From: Octopus vulgaris
Taxonomy: Eukaryota
Length of the DNA stretch: 64,000 nt
Assembly: GCA_951406725.2 (NCBI GenBank)
Contig: OX597836.1
Location: forward strand, 10,664,001 to 10,728,000
Reading direction: 5' to 3'
The position numbers and the translations under genes are program-made. Positions 1 to 11,893 of this stretch are shown here, one piece after another. A model generated the notes under the pieces. That model saw only the letters and a list, made by a program, of their open reading frames with translations. It did not search any database and was not told the origin of the DNA. Position 1 is the first letter of the stretch. The number at the start of each line of letters is the position of its first letter.

Positions 1-491
1 AAGAAAGGAAAATGTATAAATAAATAAATGGAAAAATACAAAAAAAAATTGTAAAAAATATAAGAAATAAAAGTAACAATGAAGAAAATGAAAAAAAATG
101 AAAAATCTCCCGAAATATATATATTTAAAAAATGGCTTTTGTTTCTAAGAGGTGTAGAGTTATTTTGTTTGGATTTTGTTTGTGTTTTATTTTTCTTTTA
201 TTTCTTTCGGTCATTGGACTGCGCCCATATTGGGGCACCGCTTTGAAGGTGTATGTATGGAAGAAGGTCAGTCGAACAAATCGACTCCCAGTTTTTTTAT
301 TAAAGAAAAAATAAAATAAAATCAAATCAGGTATACTTTTGCCCAACTGCTTAGTTAGGAGGAGGACGTAAACAAACTAACATCGGTTGTCAAGCGGTGG
401 TTACGGTGTTTGTGGTGGTGGTAGTGGGACAAACAGAAGCACTAGGATAAACACCCCCACACGTATTTACGATTAGCTTCCACACAGTTTC

Positions 492-670
492 CTATTTATT
501 GCCCACAAGGGGCTAAACATAGAGGGGACAAACAAGGACAGACAAAGAGATTAAGTCGATTACATCGACCCTAGTGTGTAACTGGTACTTCATTTATCGA
601 CCCCGAAATGAAGAAAGGCAAAGTCGACCTTGGCGGAATTTGACCTCAGAACGTAACGGCAGACGAAATA
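492..670 (-). mobile_element. SINE family A, partial, inserted in an older family B copy (~190-730)
   Basis: Reverse complement of the family A body and tail (..GCCCACAAGGGGCTAAAC..GTCGACCTTGGCGGAATTTGA..). Family B tail lies upstream and family B head downstream. Confidence 0.8.
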
Positions 671-764
671 TTAGGCCCAGAGCTATGGTAGAAGACACTT
701 GCCCAGGGTGCCGCACATTGAGATGGAACCTGAAGTAAATTATAGAGTAGACATAATATATACT

Positions 765-1470
765 ATCAGACACTGTACATACCCGTATTCCACAGTAAAC
801 CACAGAATATTGTAGAATGTCAGACACGCGATGTACCCGTATTCATAGTATCTCACAGAACACATACTTTAACGCCGGACTCTCTATGTACCCCTATTTT
901 AAAGTAATCCACAAAACGGTCAAAATAGAATGTCAGACACTGTACATACCCGTTTTTCACAGTAACCCACTGAGCAGACATAATAGAATGTAAGACACTG
1001 TATGTACCAGTATTTCACAATAATCCACAGAACAGTTATAATACAATGAAAGACACTGTACGTACCCTTATTTCACTGAAACCACAGAATAGACATAATA
1101 AACAGTAAGACACTATATGTACCCGTATTGCGCAGAGACCACAGAACAGACATATTAGAATGTCAGACACTAAATGCACCCGTATTGCACAGAGAACACA
1201 GAACAGACATAATAGAATATCAGACACAGTATGTACCCGTATTTCATAGAAACCATTGAACAGACATAACAACATGTCAGACACTATGTACCCGCATGTT
1301 ACTGTGAATCATAAAACATAGCATAATGTCCAATACTGTAGGTACCCGTATATTACAGTATTTCACGGAACAGACTGTTTAACATCAGATGCAGTATATA
1401 CCCGTATTTTACAGTGAATCGTGAAAAAAAGACGTAATAAAATATCATACATTGTCTGTACCCGTAAATT
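765..1470. repeat. Degenerate ~54-bp minisatellite, about 13 units
   Basis: Recurring unit close to TCAGACACTGTATGTACCCGTATTTCACAGTAATCCACAGAACAGACATAATAGAATG. It produces the 18-aa periodicity in ORF 1036..1284. Confidence 0.9.
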
Positions 1471-2149
1471 TACAGTAAATAATGATAAAAAATAAATAAA
1501 TTTATTAATCCAATTTACATCGAATATTTTCTTTTATCGATCACAATAAGCAAAGATTGCAAAAAATTTTTTTTCAGGAATTGCATAAAAGATCAGATTA
1601 AACCCTTTGGCAGCTTGTCTGATTTAGGCAAGTCGGTAGGAGGTCAAAAAATAGAAAAATAAATAGGCCAGTAATTATAAACAAACAAAAAAAAAGAAAA
1701 AAAAAGAAAAAGAAGCACCCTTTGCATGCAAGCAAGGCGGTCAAAAATGTATATAAAAAGTAAATCTCTTTAAGTCTGGAAACATAAAATATTGCTAATG
1801 TTATAAATACTGCAAGTCTATAAAATAAAGTTTATAAATGAGTTTGGTTCAGCAGAAGGTGAGTTTTTAATGATTTTTTTTTGAAATTTGACAGCGAAAA
1901 AATGTTTTTTAGCTTTCGAGGTAAAATATTATTCCATATGTTAATACTGTTATAAATAAAGCGGTTTTTTGACAAATTGATACGCGACGAAAGGGCGTTT
2001 CAAAATTCAAGTCAGAGACAGCTCTTGTTTGGTAGTTATTACGAAGGAGAGAATGGCGACGGATAATTTCATAGAAATCGCAAAGCAGACTAGACAACTC
2101 ACTGTAATTATTCGTGTGAAGACGTGGTTACGGTATTCAGTTAAATAAA

Positions 2150-2561
2150 GGCGGCGAGCTGGCAGAAACGTTAGCACGCCGGGCGAAATGCTTAGCGGTA
2201 TTTCGTCTGCTGCTACGTTCTGAGTTCAAATTCCGCCGAGGTCGGCTTTGCCTTTCATCCTTTCGGGGTCGATTAAATAAGTACAAGTTACGCACTGGGG
2301 TCGATGCAATCGATTTAGTCCCTTTGTCTGTCCTTGTTTGTCCTCTCTGTGTTTAGCCCCTTGTGGGTAGTAAATAAATAGGTATTTCGTCTGTCGTTAC
2401 GTTCTGAGTTCAAATTCCGCCGTGGTCGGCATTGCCTTTCATCCTTTCGGGGTCAATTAAATAAGTACTAGTTACGTACTGGGGTCGATGTAATCGATTT
2501 AGTCCCTTTGTCTGCCCTTGTTTGTCCTCTCTGTGTTTAGCCCCTTGTGGGCAATAAAGAA
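2150..2561 (+). mobile_element. SINE family A (tRNA-like head, Meta-like central domain), tandem dimer
   Basis: A-box-like TGGCAGAAACG and B box GAGTTCAAATTCC, central GCCTTTCATCCTTTCGGGGTCGA..AAGTAC. The second unit restarts at GTATTTCGTCTG (~2382). Confidence 0.9.
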
Positions 2562-2645
2562 GCATATATTATGAAGGAGAGAATGGCGACGGATAATTTC
2601 ATAGAAATCGCAAAACAGACTAGACAACTCACTGCAATTACTCGT

Positions 2646-2928
2646 GTGAAGACGTGGTTACGGTATTCAGTTAACGATCATAAGGTCGTGTGTTCGATTC
2701 TCGGTGACTCGTATCCTTGTGTAAGACACTTTATTTCACCTTGCTCCAGTCTACGCAACTGTCAAAAATAAGTCATACCTGACTTTCAAAGAGGTCAGCC
2801 TTGTCACACTCTGTGTCACGCTGAATCACCATGAGAACTACGTTAAGAGTACACGTTAATTTCACGAGCCGGATTTTCCGTTGATCGGATCAACAGGAAC
2901 ACTGACCGTCGGTACCGACGGAGGACCA
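2646..2928 (+). mobile_element. Old chimeric SINE with a family D-like head/CORE and a family C tail
   Basis: GTTCGATTC B box, AAGACACTTTATTTCACCTTGCTCCAGT as in family D, then CCTTGTCACACTCTGTGTCACGCTGAATC..CCGACGGAG as in family C. Confidence 0.7.
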
Positions 2929-3537
2929 GTTATTGTATTTACCTGTATTTCACAATAAATCACAACACAGAGACCTAATTTACTGCGAGACTCCGTTTGA
3001 AATATGCAGGTAGATTTTGCTGTCAGATGTATCACACATCGCTCTATTCTGTTGAAGAGTAGAATCACGTGACATCATACATTTTACTCTCAGAGAAAGC
3101 ACATAATTACATTTAATGTCAGACAATTCATAGAAGACATTAAACGATTTACGTTATATTGCCCTTAAAACAGCGTTGAATCACCATTCACAGATTTACC
3201 GACTGGATTATAAATGTATGGCAAAGAAGACCGTCGGCCAGCGAGCCAGCTTCTCATCCACTTTACTACATCAAAGTGACAAGAATGCCGGATATAGTAA
3301 AATATTTATACGTTCGCTCATACATAAATAATAACAAAGACTATTGCAGTAGTAAAGACGGCGACTACGACGACGGCACCACCACCACCACCACCACCAC
3401 CAGTATCACCAACAGCAACACCAATGAATATACTGAACATATGGTGAACGAACAGAACTGGTCTTGTGTGGTTTTGTGATTGTAAATGATATGTTTAAAG
3501 TTTATGATTTCGTGTTCTATATATATATAGTGTGTGT

Positions 3538-3684
3538 GGAGTGGCTGTGTAGTACGAAGCTTGCTTCCCAACCACATGGTTCCAGGTTCAGTCCCACTGC
3601 TTAGAACCTTGGGAAACTGTGCCTTCTACAATAGCCTCGGGCCGACTAAAGCCTTGCGAGTGGATATATATAAAAAAGCCCGTC

Positions 3685-3734
<50 letters not shown>

Positions 3735-3829
3735 GACGAGCTTCTTTATATATATTCATATATATATATATATATATATATATACGACGGGCTTCTTTAT
3801 ATATATATATATATATATACGACGGGCTT

Positions 3830-3865
<36 letters not shown>

Positions 3866-3874
3866 GACGGGCTT

Positions 3875-3880
<6 letters not shown>
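3538..3880 (+). mobile_element. SINE family B 5' half followed by (TA)n and four inverted ACGACG(G/A)GCTTCTTT units
   Basis: GGAGTGGCTGTGTAGT..GGTTCAGTCCCACTGC head and AAAGCCCGTCGT at ~3675, with its reverse complement repeated downstream. Confidence 0.8.
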
Positions 3881-3923
<43 letters not shown>

Positions 3924-3974
3924 GTGAGGGAAGAAATGGAGCTGAACGAAGATTTTACAAAATTCCTTTTTATT

Positions 3975-4060
3975 ATTTTCTACATATGTTTCAAAGGCTG
4001 CAAAGTCCCTAATTCGGATTGAATAAGGAGACCATTTTGCAGCTTTCTCTTCAGGAAAAT
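3975..4060 (-). ncRNA. Type I hammerhead ribozyme, probably in a Penelope-like terminal repeat fragment
   Basis: Minus strand reads AUUUUC-CUGAAGA-GAAAGCUGCAAA..UUUGCAGCCUUU-GAAA-CAUAUG-UA-GAAAAU. Helix I is AUUUUC/GAAAAU, helix II has 11 of 12 pairs, helix III is the palindrome ACAUAUGU, and the cleavage triplet is GUA. Confidence 0.8.
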
Positions 4061-4159
4061 CCAGGAACTTAAATCTCCAACAAAATGCGCAGCAAGCTTT
4101 TCGACAAATAATCCGTAACAAGATAATTCATTTATCCATTTCAATATATATATATATAT

Positions 4160-4265
4160 AGCCTTCATAGAAATTACCCAAGACACCAGATGAATTTTGG
4201 AGGGTATATCAGCCGAAACGTTGTGTTAACAACAAACAAAATGAAGACAGATATCCGTCAAATGA
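4160..4265 (+). mobile_element. Penelope-like terminal repeat fragment with a decayed minimal hammerhead
   Basis: GACAC-CAGATGA..CAGCC-GAAAC-GTT-GTGTT. A related copy lies at ~60325-60410. Confidence 0.5.
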
Positions 4266-4301
4266 GCCCTAAGATATTTTAATATTGTGAACCAGGAAGG
4301 A

Positions 4302-4510
4302 CGGCGAGCTGGCAGAATGGTTAGGTTCCCAGGAAAAATGCTTGGCAGCATTTTATTTGTCTCTAGGTTTTCAGTTCAAATTCCACCGAAGCTGACTTTG
4401 GTTTTCATCTTTTCAGGGTTGATGAAATAAGTACCAGATAAGCAATGGGGTCGATGTAATCGACTTAACCCCTCCTCCGAATCTGCTGGCCTTGTGCTAA
4501 AATTTGAAAC
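4302..4510 (+). mobile_element. SINE family A, diverged, alternative tail
   Basis: GGCGAGCTGGCAGAA head, central domain, tail CTGGCCTTGTGCTAAAATTTGAAAC. Confidence 0.8.
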
Positions 4511-4518
4511 TTATATTG

Positions 4519-5137
4519 TAAAGATCCTCTTTGGTCATGAATAACCATGGAATTGCTCCTTAAAAGTTCCTTTCCGAGGTACAAGTTGGGGAAAATTTGT
4601 TTATGGAAGGCCAGCAGTCGCCCATGCACACCAGCCTCCCTTCTCCACGCCACCGATTTTATTCAAGCGAAAGGCAAAGACCGATATACATATATATATA
4701 GAGTAAAAAGAACCCCTTCGGTCATGAATAACCATGGGATTGCACCTAGAATGTTCCCCTCTAAAGCACAAGTCGGGGAAAATTTGTTTATGGAAGCCCA
4801 GCAGTCGCCGATGCACACCAGCCTCCCTTCTCCACGCCACCGATTTTATCCAAGCGAAAGGCAAAGACCGATATACATATATATATAGAGAGTAAAAAGA
4901 CCCCCTTCGGTCATGAATGACCATGGGATTGCACCTTGAAAGAGAAAGGGAAAGAGAAAGGCCGATACAGCTTGGCACCGGTGACGTCGCAACTAATTTC
5001 TACAGCTGAGTGAACGGGAGCAATGTGAAATATAGTGTGTTGCTCAAGAATGCATCAAACAGCCCGGTCTAGGAATCGAACTCACTATCTTGGGATTGTG
5101 AGCTTGACACTCTAACCACTGAGCCATGCGCCTTTAC
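4519..5137 (-). mobile_element. SINE family D (tRNA head, CORE-like domain) with a tandemly repeated 3' tail
   Basis: Minus-strand head GGCGCATGGCTCAGTGGTTAGAG..GAGTTCGATTCC and CORE-like TTCTTGAGCAACACACT. The tail motif GGTCATGAAT(A/G)ACCATGG occurs at ~4533, ~4720 and ~4909. Confidence 0.85.
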
Positions 5138-5154
5138 AATACCAGGAAATATTG

Positions 5155-5350
5155 ATCTCAAACTTTGGAACAAGGGCGAGGGGATAAGTGGATTACATCG
5201 ACCCCAGTGTTTCACTGGTACATATTTTGTCAACCCTGAAAGGATGAAAGACAAAGTCGATCTCGTCGGAATTTGAACTCAAAACGTAGAGACAGACAAA
5301 ATGTAGCTTAGCATTTGACCTGGCACGGTAATGATTCTCCTAGCTCGTAT
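5155..5350 (-). mobile_element. SINE family A, diverged
   Basis: GATTACATCGACCCCAGTG..AAGGATGAAAGACAAAGTCGA..GGAATTTGAACTC. Confidence 0.75.
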
Positions 5351-5601
5351 CCTTGAGAATCAGGAAATATTCTTAATTAAAATTAAATTATGCCCGTAAT
5401 GAGCAGCAACAAATATTAGATTAACGATTAGATTTTGTCCTGAAAGGCAAGAGAGACAATCTAGAGTTAAAACTAATTAATGTTAATTAAACACTGAATG
5501 AAGCGAATGGAGAGTTTGTTCATTAGCAGTGTAGGGACAACTCTGATTATGCTTCGTTCGTATTAAACCTCATTAGCTGAACACAATTGTTTTATTAATA
5601 T

Positions 5602-6773
5602 TTGTATCTATGTATGTATGCATTTATGTATGTATGTGTGTTTATGTATGTATGTATGTGTGTATGTATGTATGTATGTATGTATGTATGTATATATGTG
5701 TGTGTATGTATGTATGTTTGTATGTATGTATGTGTGTATGTATGTGTGTATGTATGTGTGTATGTATGTATGTATGTATGTATGTATGTATGTATGTATG
5801 TATGTGTGTATGTATGTGTGTATGTATGTATGTGTATGTATGTGTGTATGCATGTATGTATGCATGTATGTATGTATGTATGTATGTGTATGTATGTATG
5901 TATGTATGTATGTATGTATGTATGTGTATGTATGTATGTATGTATGCATGTATGTGTGTGTATGTGTGTATGTGTGTATGTGTGTATGTATGTGTGTGTA
6001 TGTATGTATGCATGTGTGTATGTATGTGTTTATGTATGTATGTATGTATGTATGTATGTGTGTATGTATGTGTGTATGTGTATGTATGTATGCATGTATG
6101 CATGTATGTATGTATGCATGTATGTATGTATGTATGTGTGTATGTGTGTATGTGTGTATGTATGTCTGTATGTATGTGTGTATGTATGTATGTATGTGTG
6201 TTTGTGTGTATGTATGAATGTATATGTGTGTATGTATGTATGTATGTATATATATGTATGTATATGCTTAGAATATGCTGCAGAATATGCTTAGAGAGAA
6301 AGAGAGAGAGAGAGATTTGGTTACTCTTTCTAGCGAATCGTTTGACGGCATCATCGAGACTCCCTTGTTAGTCAGATCGAACATAAATATAAGCGAATAG
6401 GTGTTTCGAGAATAACATTCATTAACACGGCTTGCGAGATCCGATACGCTTAACAGATTGAATATCGATGCATAATCAATGGATACTTCTAGTGCATATT
6501 AATCTAATGTATCGTATAAAACCGATTATGCAATGAAACTCTTGTGTTTGATATCGGATAATCTCCCTTTATTTCATCTTCTATCTCTTACGTAATATAC
6601 TTTACACCGTTGGTACATGTGTGGAAACGTATGCATTTATGTTAATGGACTATTGGAAATAGATGTATTTGTGTGTGTGTGGTTGTGTGTGTTTGTTTGT
6701 GTGTGTGTGTGCGTGCGTTCGCACAGGCACAAAACTATTGTATTATGTTCTCATAAAAATAGAAGGGAGAACC

Positions 6774-6856
<83 letters not shown>

Positions 6857-6978
6857 ATATATACACATATATACATATATACACATATACATATATACAT
6901 ATATACATATATATTTGTTTACATATGTATATATACATATATATATGTATATATACATATGTATACATATATATATGC

Positions 6979-7009
<31 letters not shown>

Positions 7010-7170
7010 TGTATGTATGTATGTATGTATCTAGCTATCTATATATATATATGTTTGTATATATATGTATATATATATAAATGTATGTGTATATATATAT
7101 ATATATATATCTGCATGTACATACACACATGTTATATATTACATTATATACACATATACACATGTATGTA
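5602..7170. repeat. (TATG)n, (TG)n and (TA)n microsatellite blocks around a short unique segment (~6315-6660)
   Basis: Directly visible. They explain the MYVC/HTYI/YI ORFs. Confidence 0.95.
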
Positions 7171-7339
7171 TATAAGTTCTAACCTCGAGAACTCACAAAG
7201 TGAAAACAAGGTGTCGTTAGATTGACGCTCGGTCGGAGATTAATACAAGTCTAAGAGCATTATGTCTTTCTATGGTCCAGTGGTAGAGCGTTTATCCTCT
7301 CCACGGCAGATGTCGGTTCGTGTCCCAATGATTCGATGG

Positions 7340-7454
7340 ATGCGGTCGCAGAAATTGTCAGATAGCCATGACTGGGCTCTCCTCCTTGTGTGGCACGGTG
7401 CAGAATCCTGTTGCCGGATACAGCGGCAGCAGCAGCAGCAGTAGCAGCAGCAGC

Positions 7455-7505
<51 letters not shown>

Positions 7506-7897
7506 AACACCAGACTTTCACCTCAATCCCCCTCCTTTTTATAATGTAGAAAGTTAATCTAGATGAATTTTTATTCCTCTTGTTTCAGGGCAATACTATC
7601 CCCACCAGGTACTAGTGATTGATCTCTCCAAACACCATGATGTTGACTGCAGGTTTGATTTTTATCATTCCCTATACATGTCCTCAGACGGCACTGTCCT
7701 TAGATTGACACCCAAACACTCTGAAGTGATCGTATTGGAGCTTCCGGCGCAAACGCCAAGCAGTACAGCATGTCGTCCCCAAAGAGTAAATTGCATCATG
7801 GTGCTATATCGTGTAGTCGACAAAATCAAAAACAAACAATGCGCATGCACGAAAAGATAAATATAAAATGGCGACAATTTACCCATCGCACTCTGTA
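7340..7897 (-). mobile_element. maT-like (Tc1/mariner superfamily) transposon remnant, internally deleted and interrupted by (CAG/CAA)n
   Basis: Minus-strand peptide QQDSAPCHTRRRAQSWLSDNF (second catalytic D motif). The terminal TACAGAGTGCGATGGGTAAATTGTCGCC resembles the end at ~51135. Confidence 0.65.
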
Positions 7898-8106
7898 CCT
7901 CTTATGCCATCATATGTCATATATGCCTGGCGTCTTAACGATTTTTCTTTTTTCGTTTTAACACCTCATAGTAGCACGGTAGACTGCCCTTTGATGTACA
8001 TATTCTTCATGCAGATGGACACCCCCCACTTTTGGTAAACATTACCCAAAATCAATAGATAACTAAACATCCAATCGGCCAATCACCTACCCCGCCAAAG
8101 ACCCAA

Positions 8107-8521
8107 CCTATTTCTTTACTACCCACAAGGGGCTAAACACAGAGAGGACAAACAAGGACAGACAAACGGATTAAGTCGATTACATCGACCCCCAGTGCGT
8201 AACTGCTACCTAATTTATCGACCCCGAAAGGATGAAAAGCAAAGTCGACCTCGGCGGGATTTGAACTTAGAAGGTAGCGGCAGACGAAATACCTATTTCT
8301 TTACTACCCACAAGGGGCTAAACGCAGAGGGGACAAACAAGGACAGACATAGGTATTAAGTCGATTACATCGACCCTATTGCGTAACTGGTACTTATTTA
8401 ATCGACTCTGAAAGGATGAAAGGCAAAGTTGACCTCGGCGGAATTTGAACTCAGAACGTAACAACAGACGAAATACCGCAAAACATTTCACCCGGCGCGC
8501 TAACGTTTCTGCCAGCTCGTC
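8107..8521 (-). mobile_element. SINE family A, tandem dimer
   Basis: Two body and tail units joined at GACGAAATACCTATTTCTTTACTACCCAC, with a single head at ~8480-8521. Confidence 0.9.
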
Positions 8522-8869
8522 CAAAAAACCCAACCGTGCCCAACCCAACCTAACCTAACTCAACTGATAAACTAACCAACATCCTACAAACCACCTACAC
8601 ATCTACCTTAACCAACCAAGTAACCAATCAACCAACCAACCGACCGACCGACCGACCGACCGACCGACCGACCAACCGATCAATTGGCTTTACAATTTTA
8701 TATTACAATCGATGAGTCATTTGATATTAAGTATAAGGATGTATTGCTTAGCAGTGACTGGAGGAATTTGGCAAGCAAACGATAGCGTTTTAGTGTTTGA
8801 ATAAGCTGTCTTTGAAACATGTTAAAACAAACTTGTTTCCAGAAGATTCTACTGTGTCAAAGATTCTAT

Positions 8870-8939
8870 TAATAATAAACATAACAAAACCACAACGTCA
8901 ATAGCAACAACGACAACAACAATAATATCAATAACAATG

Positions 8940-8976
<37 letters not shown>

Positions 8977-9125
8977 TAATAATAATAATAATAATGATGA
9001 TGATGATGATGATAATGCTAACAACAATAACAAAAACAATAATAATAATAATAATAATAACAATAATAATAATGATCATAACAATAACAGTAATAATAAA
9101 AACAAGTAACATAGTAGTAGTAGTA

Positions 9126-9208
<83 letters not shown>

Positions 9209-9485
9209 TAATAATAATAATAATAATAATAACAACAACGACAATAATAATAATAATAATAATAAAAATGATGTTGATGATGATGACAATAATAATGATA
9301 ACAGCCACAAAAACAACAACAACAACAAAAACATCGTGGACAACAGCAATAACACCAGACTTTAGATACTTTCACCTCAAACCCCCCCATCTCACCTCTC
9401 CTTTTTAAAATGTAGAAAGTTAATCTAGATGAATTTTGTTGTGGAAAGATCAAAGGCGGGTTTTATTTATTTATTATTATTATTA

Positions 9486-9540
<55 letters not shown>

Positions 9541-9632
9541 CATTATTATCATTATTATCATTATTATCATTATTATTATTATTATCATTATTATTATTAT
9601 TATTTTTACTATTATTATTATTATCATTATTA

Positions 9633-9672
<40 letters not shown>

Positions 9673-9759
9673 CATTTTTACTATTATCATTATTATTATT
9701 ATTATTATTATTTTTACTATTATTATTATTATTATTATTATTGCTATTATTATTATTAC

Positions 9760-9801
<42 letters not shown>

Positions 9802-9930
9802 TATTATTATTACTATTATTATTGTTATTATTACTATTATTATTATTATTGTTATTATTATTATTACTATTATGATTATTATTATTGTTGTTGTTGTTTT
9901 TGTTATTGTTGTTGTTGTTGTTGTTCTTGT
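8870..9930. repeat. (AAT)n block followed by a (TTA)n block
   Basis: Directly visible. The two blocks are reverse complements separated by ~110 bp. Confidence 0.95.
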
Positions 9931-10486
9931 TAGTAATGAATAGTAGAGCTAATCGATTGAAAATCATTACGTTAGTTAGTATTCATGTCTTGTTTTTTGG
10001 TTGGTTTTTGTTTCTACAGAATTGATAAAAAGAATAAACATATACACACACAGACACACACACACACACATTCACGTACACATGCACACCCATGCACATG
10101 CAAACGCACACACCTACACACACTCTTACGTACGCATATTGTGTGTTTTGGATAATGTTACCGAATTAGTTCATCTCTTAATCATCACTTACAAAAAAGC
10201 AAAAAACCAAAGAAAAAACCCCACAAAAACCTCGAAGCGTAAGGTTTCCGATAACCCGGATTTTGAATAAAAGCAGCCTTAAAATTTCATATAACAGGGC
10301 ATAACACATGGCTGTGTGGCTGTGTCGTTAAGACGCTCACTTTGCAACCATGTGGTTTCGGGTGTTCAATCCCACCTGGCGGTACCTTGAGTAAACGTTA
10401 TTTTTAATACAGCTCCGAGCCGATCAATGTCTGTTGAGTGAATTTGGTAAAGAGAAACTGCGTGGAAGTACACTTACAACCACACA

Positions 10487-10524
<38 letters not shown>

Positions 10525-10844
10525 TTTCAGATGTACAGAAAACAAGACAGAGACAGGTGAGGGACCAACAAACGAAATGCATTAGTTTGACGCTTGGGAA
10601 AAATGGAGAAGTCTTTGATGTTTCTCCCAGTGAATTTGTCGAAGAGTGGTTGAGGTGAATGAACCAACTCTAAACATGAACCAGTCGATTGGATAAGAAC
10701 AGTTGGACGAAGGCTTTTGCCCTTGGTGGTCGGCATGATTCTAGACTTGTGGCATTCCTTGATTGGCCCTTATCAGAGGTTCTGTTTCCGAAGGACTGCC
10801 ACATGGATCTGTTCATATGTTTTTATATTATATATAATTTTTAA

Positions 10845-11074
10845 GGCGGCGATCTGGTAGAAACGTTAGCACGCCGGGCGAAATGCGTAGCCGTATTTCG
10901 TCTGTCGTTACGTTCCGAGTTCAAATTCCATCGAGGTTGACTTTGCCTTTCATCCTTTCGGGGTCGATAAATTAAGTACCATTTACGCAATGGGGTCGAT
11001 GTAATCGACTTAATCTCTTTGTCTGTCCTTGTTTGTCCCCTCCATGTTTAGCCCCTTGTGGGTAGTAAAGAAAT
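10845..11074 (+). mobile_element. SINE family A, full-length monomer
   Basis: Complete from head to GGGTAGTAAAGAAATA tail. Older fragments follow at ~11220-11590. Confidence 0.9.
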
Positions 11075-11893
11075 ATATATATAATTTTTATTTCCTTTCC
11101 CCCTCCGTTCTACATCTTCCACCCAGCTTTTTTAACAAAACCCCAAACAGATTGTAACCTGCCCTCGTAATATCTCACAGCCCATGTGAGATCCTCTCTC
11201 TCCAGTGGCGAAAGCGGGGTCGAGCTAGCAGAATCGTTACCGTATCGGAAAAAATGATTTGCGGCAATCCTTCCGGCTATTTAGGCTCCGAGTTCAAATT
11301 CGACCGAGTCGGGAGTCGATAAAATCGGAACCGCAAGGATCGATGTAATCGACCCCACCCCGCCAAAAAAAAAAAAAAAAAAAAAAAAAAACTGTTGGTT
11401 TTAGGCCAAACTTAAAAAGAAATATTATTATTATTATCGACGTGAAGGCGGCAAGCAGACAAAATCGCTAACACGGCGGATTAAAAAACTTAGCGGCATT
11501 ACTTCCGGCTCATTGCATTCTGGGTTCAAATACTGCTGAGATCGACTTTCCTTTCATCGTTTCGGGGTCGATAAAATAAGCACCAGTCAACAGACCTGGT
11601 GCTGGTTCTTGTAGTATAGACGCTGCGTCTTTTCAGTGCATCAGTATACATACATCCCTCCATCCTCATCTCTCACTCTCTCTCTCTCTCTCTCTCTTTC
11701 TCTCTTTACACACACATATATATATATAAAGGTACTTACGCACACATTAGATATATGTAAAATATATATTTTATACATATATTATATTTGTGTGTGTATA
11801 TGTATGTATAAATATATATCATAATTTATAACATTACACGCACATATATTGTATTATATTATTAACGAATATTTATGCTTATATATATATATA

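Noticed and set aside
3730-3880. Repeat-spacer pattern suggestive of CRISPR (also 37982-38537)
   Set aside because: The spacers are (TA)n, the repeats are SINE pieces, the context is eukaryotic and there are no cas genes.
5602-7225. MYVC, HTYI and YI repeat ORFs here and throughout the window
   Set aside because: They are stop-free by-products of TATG/TA/CA repeats.
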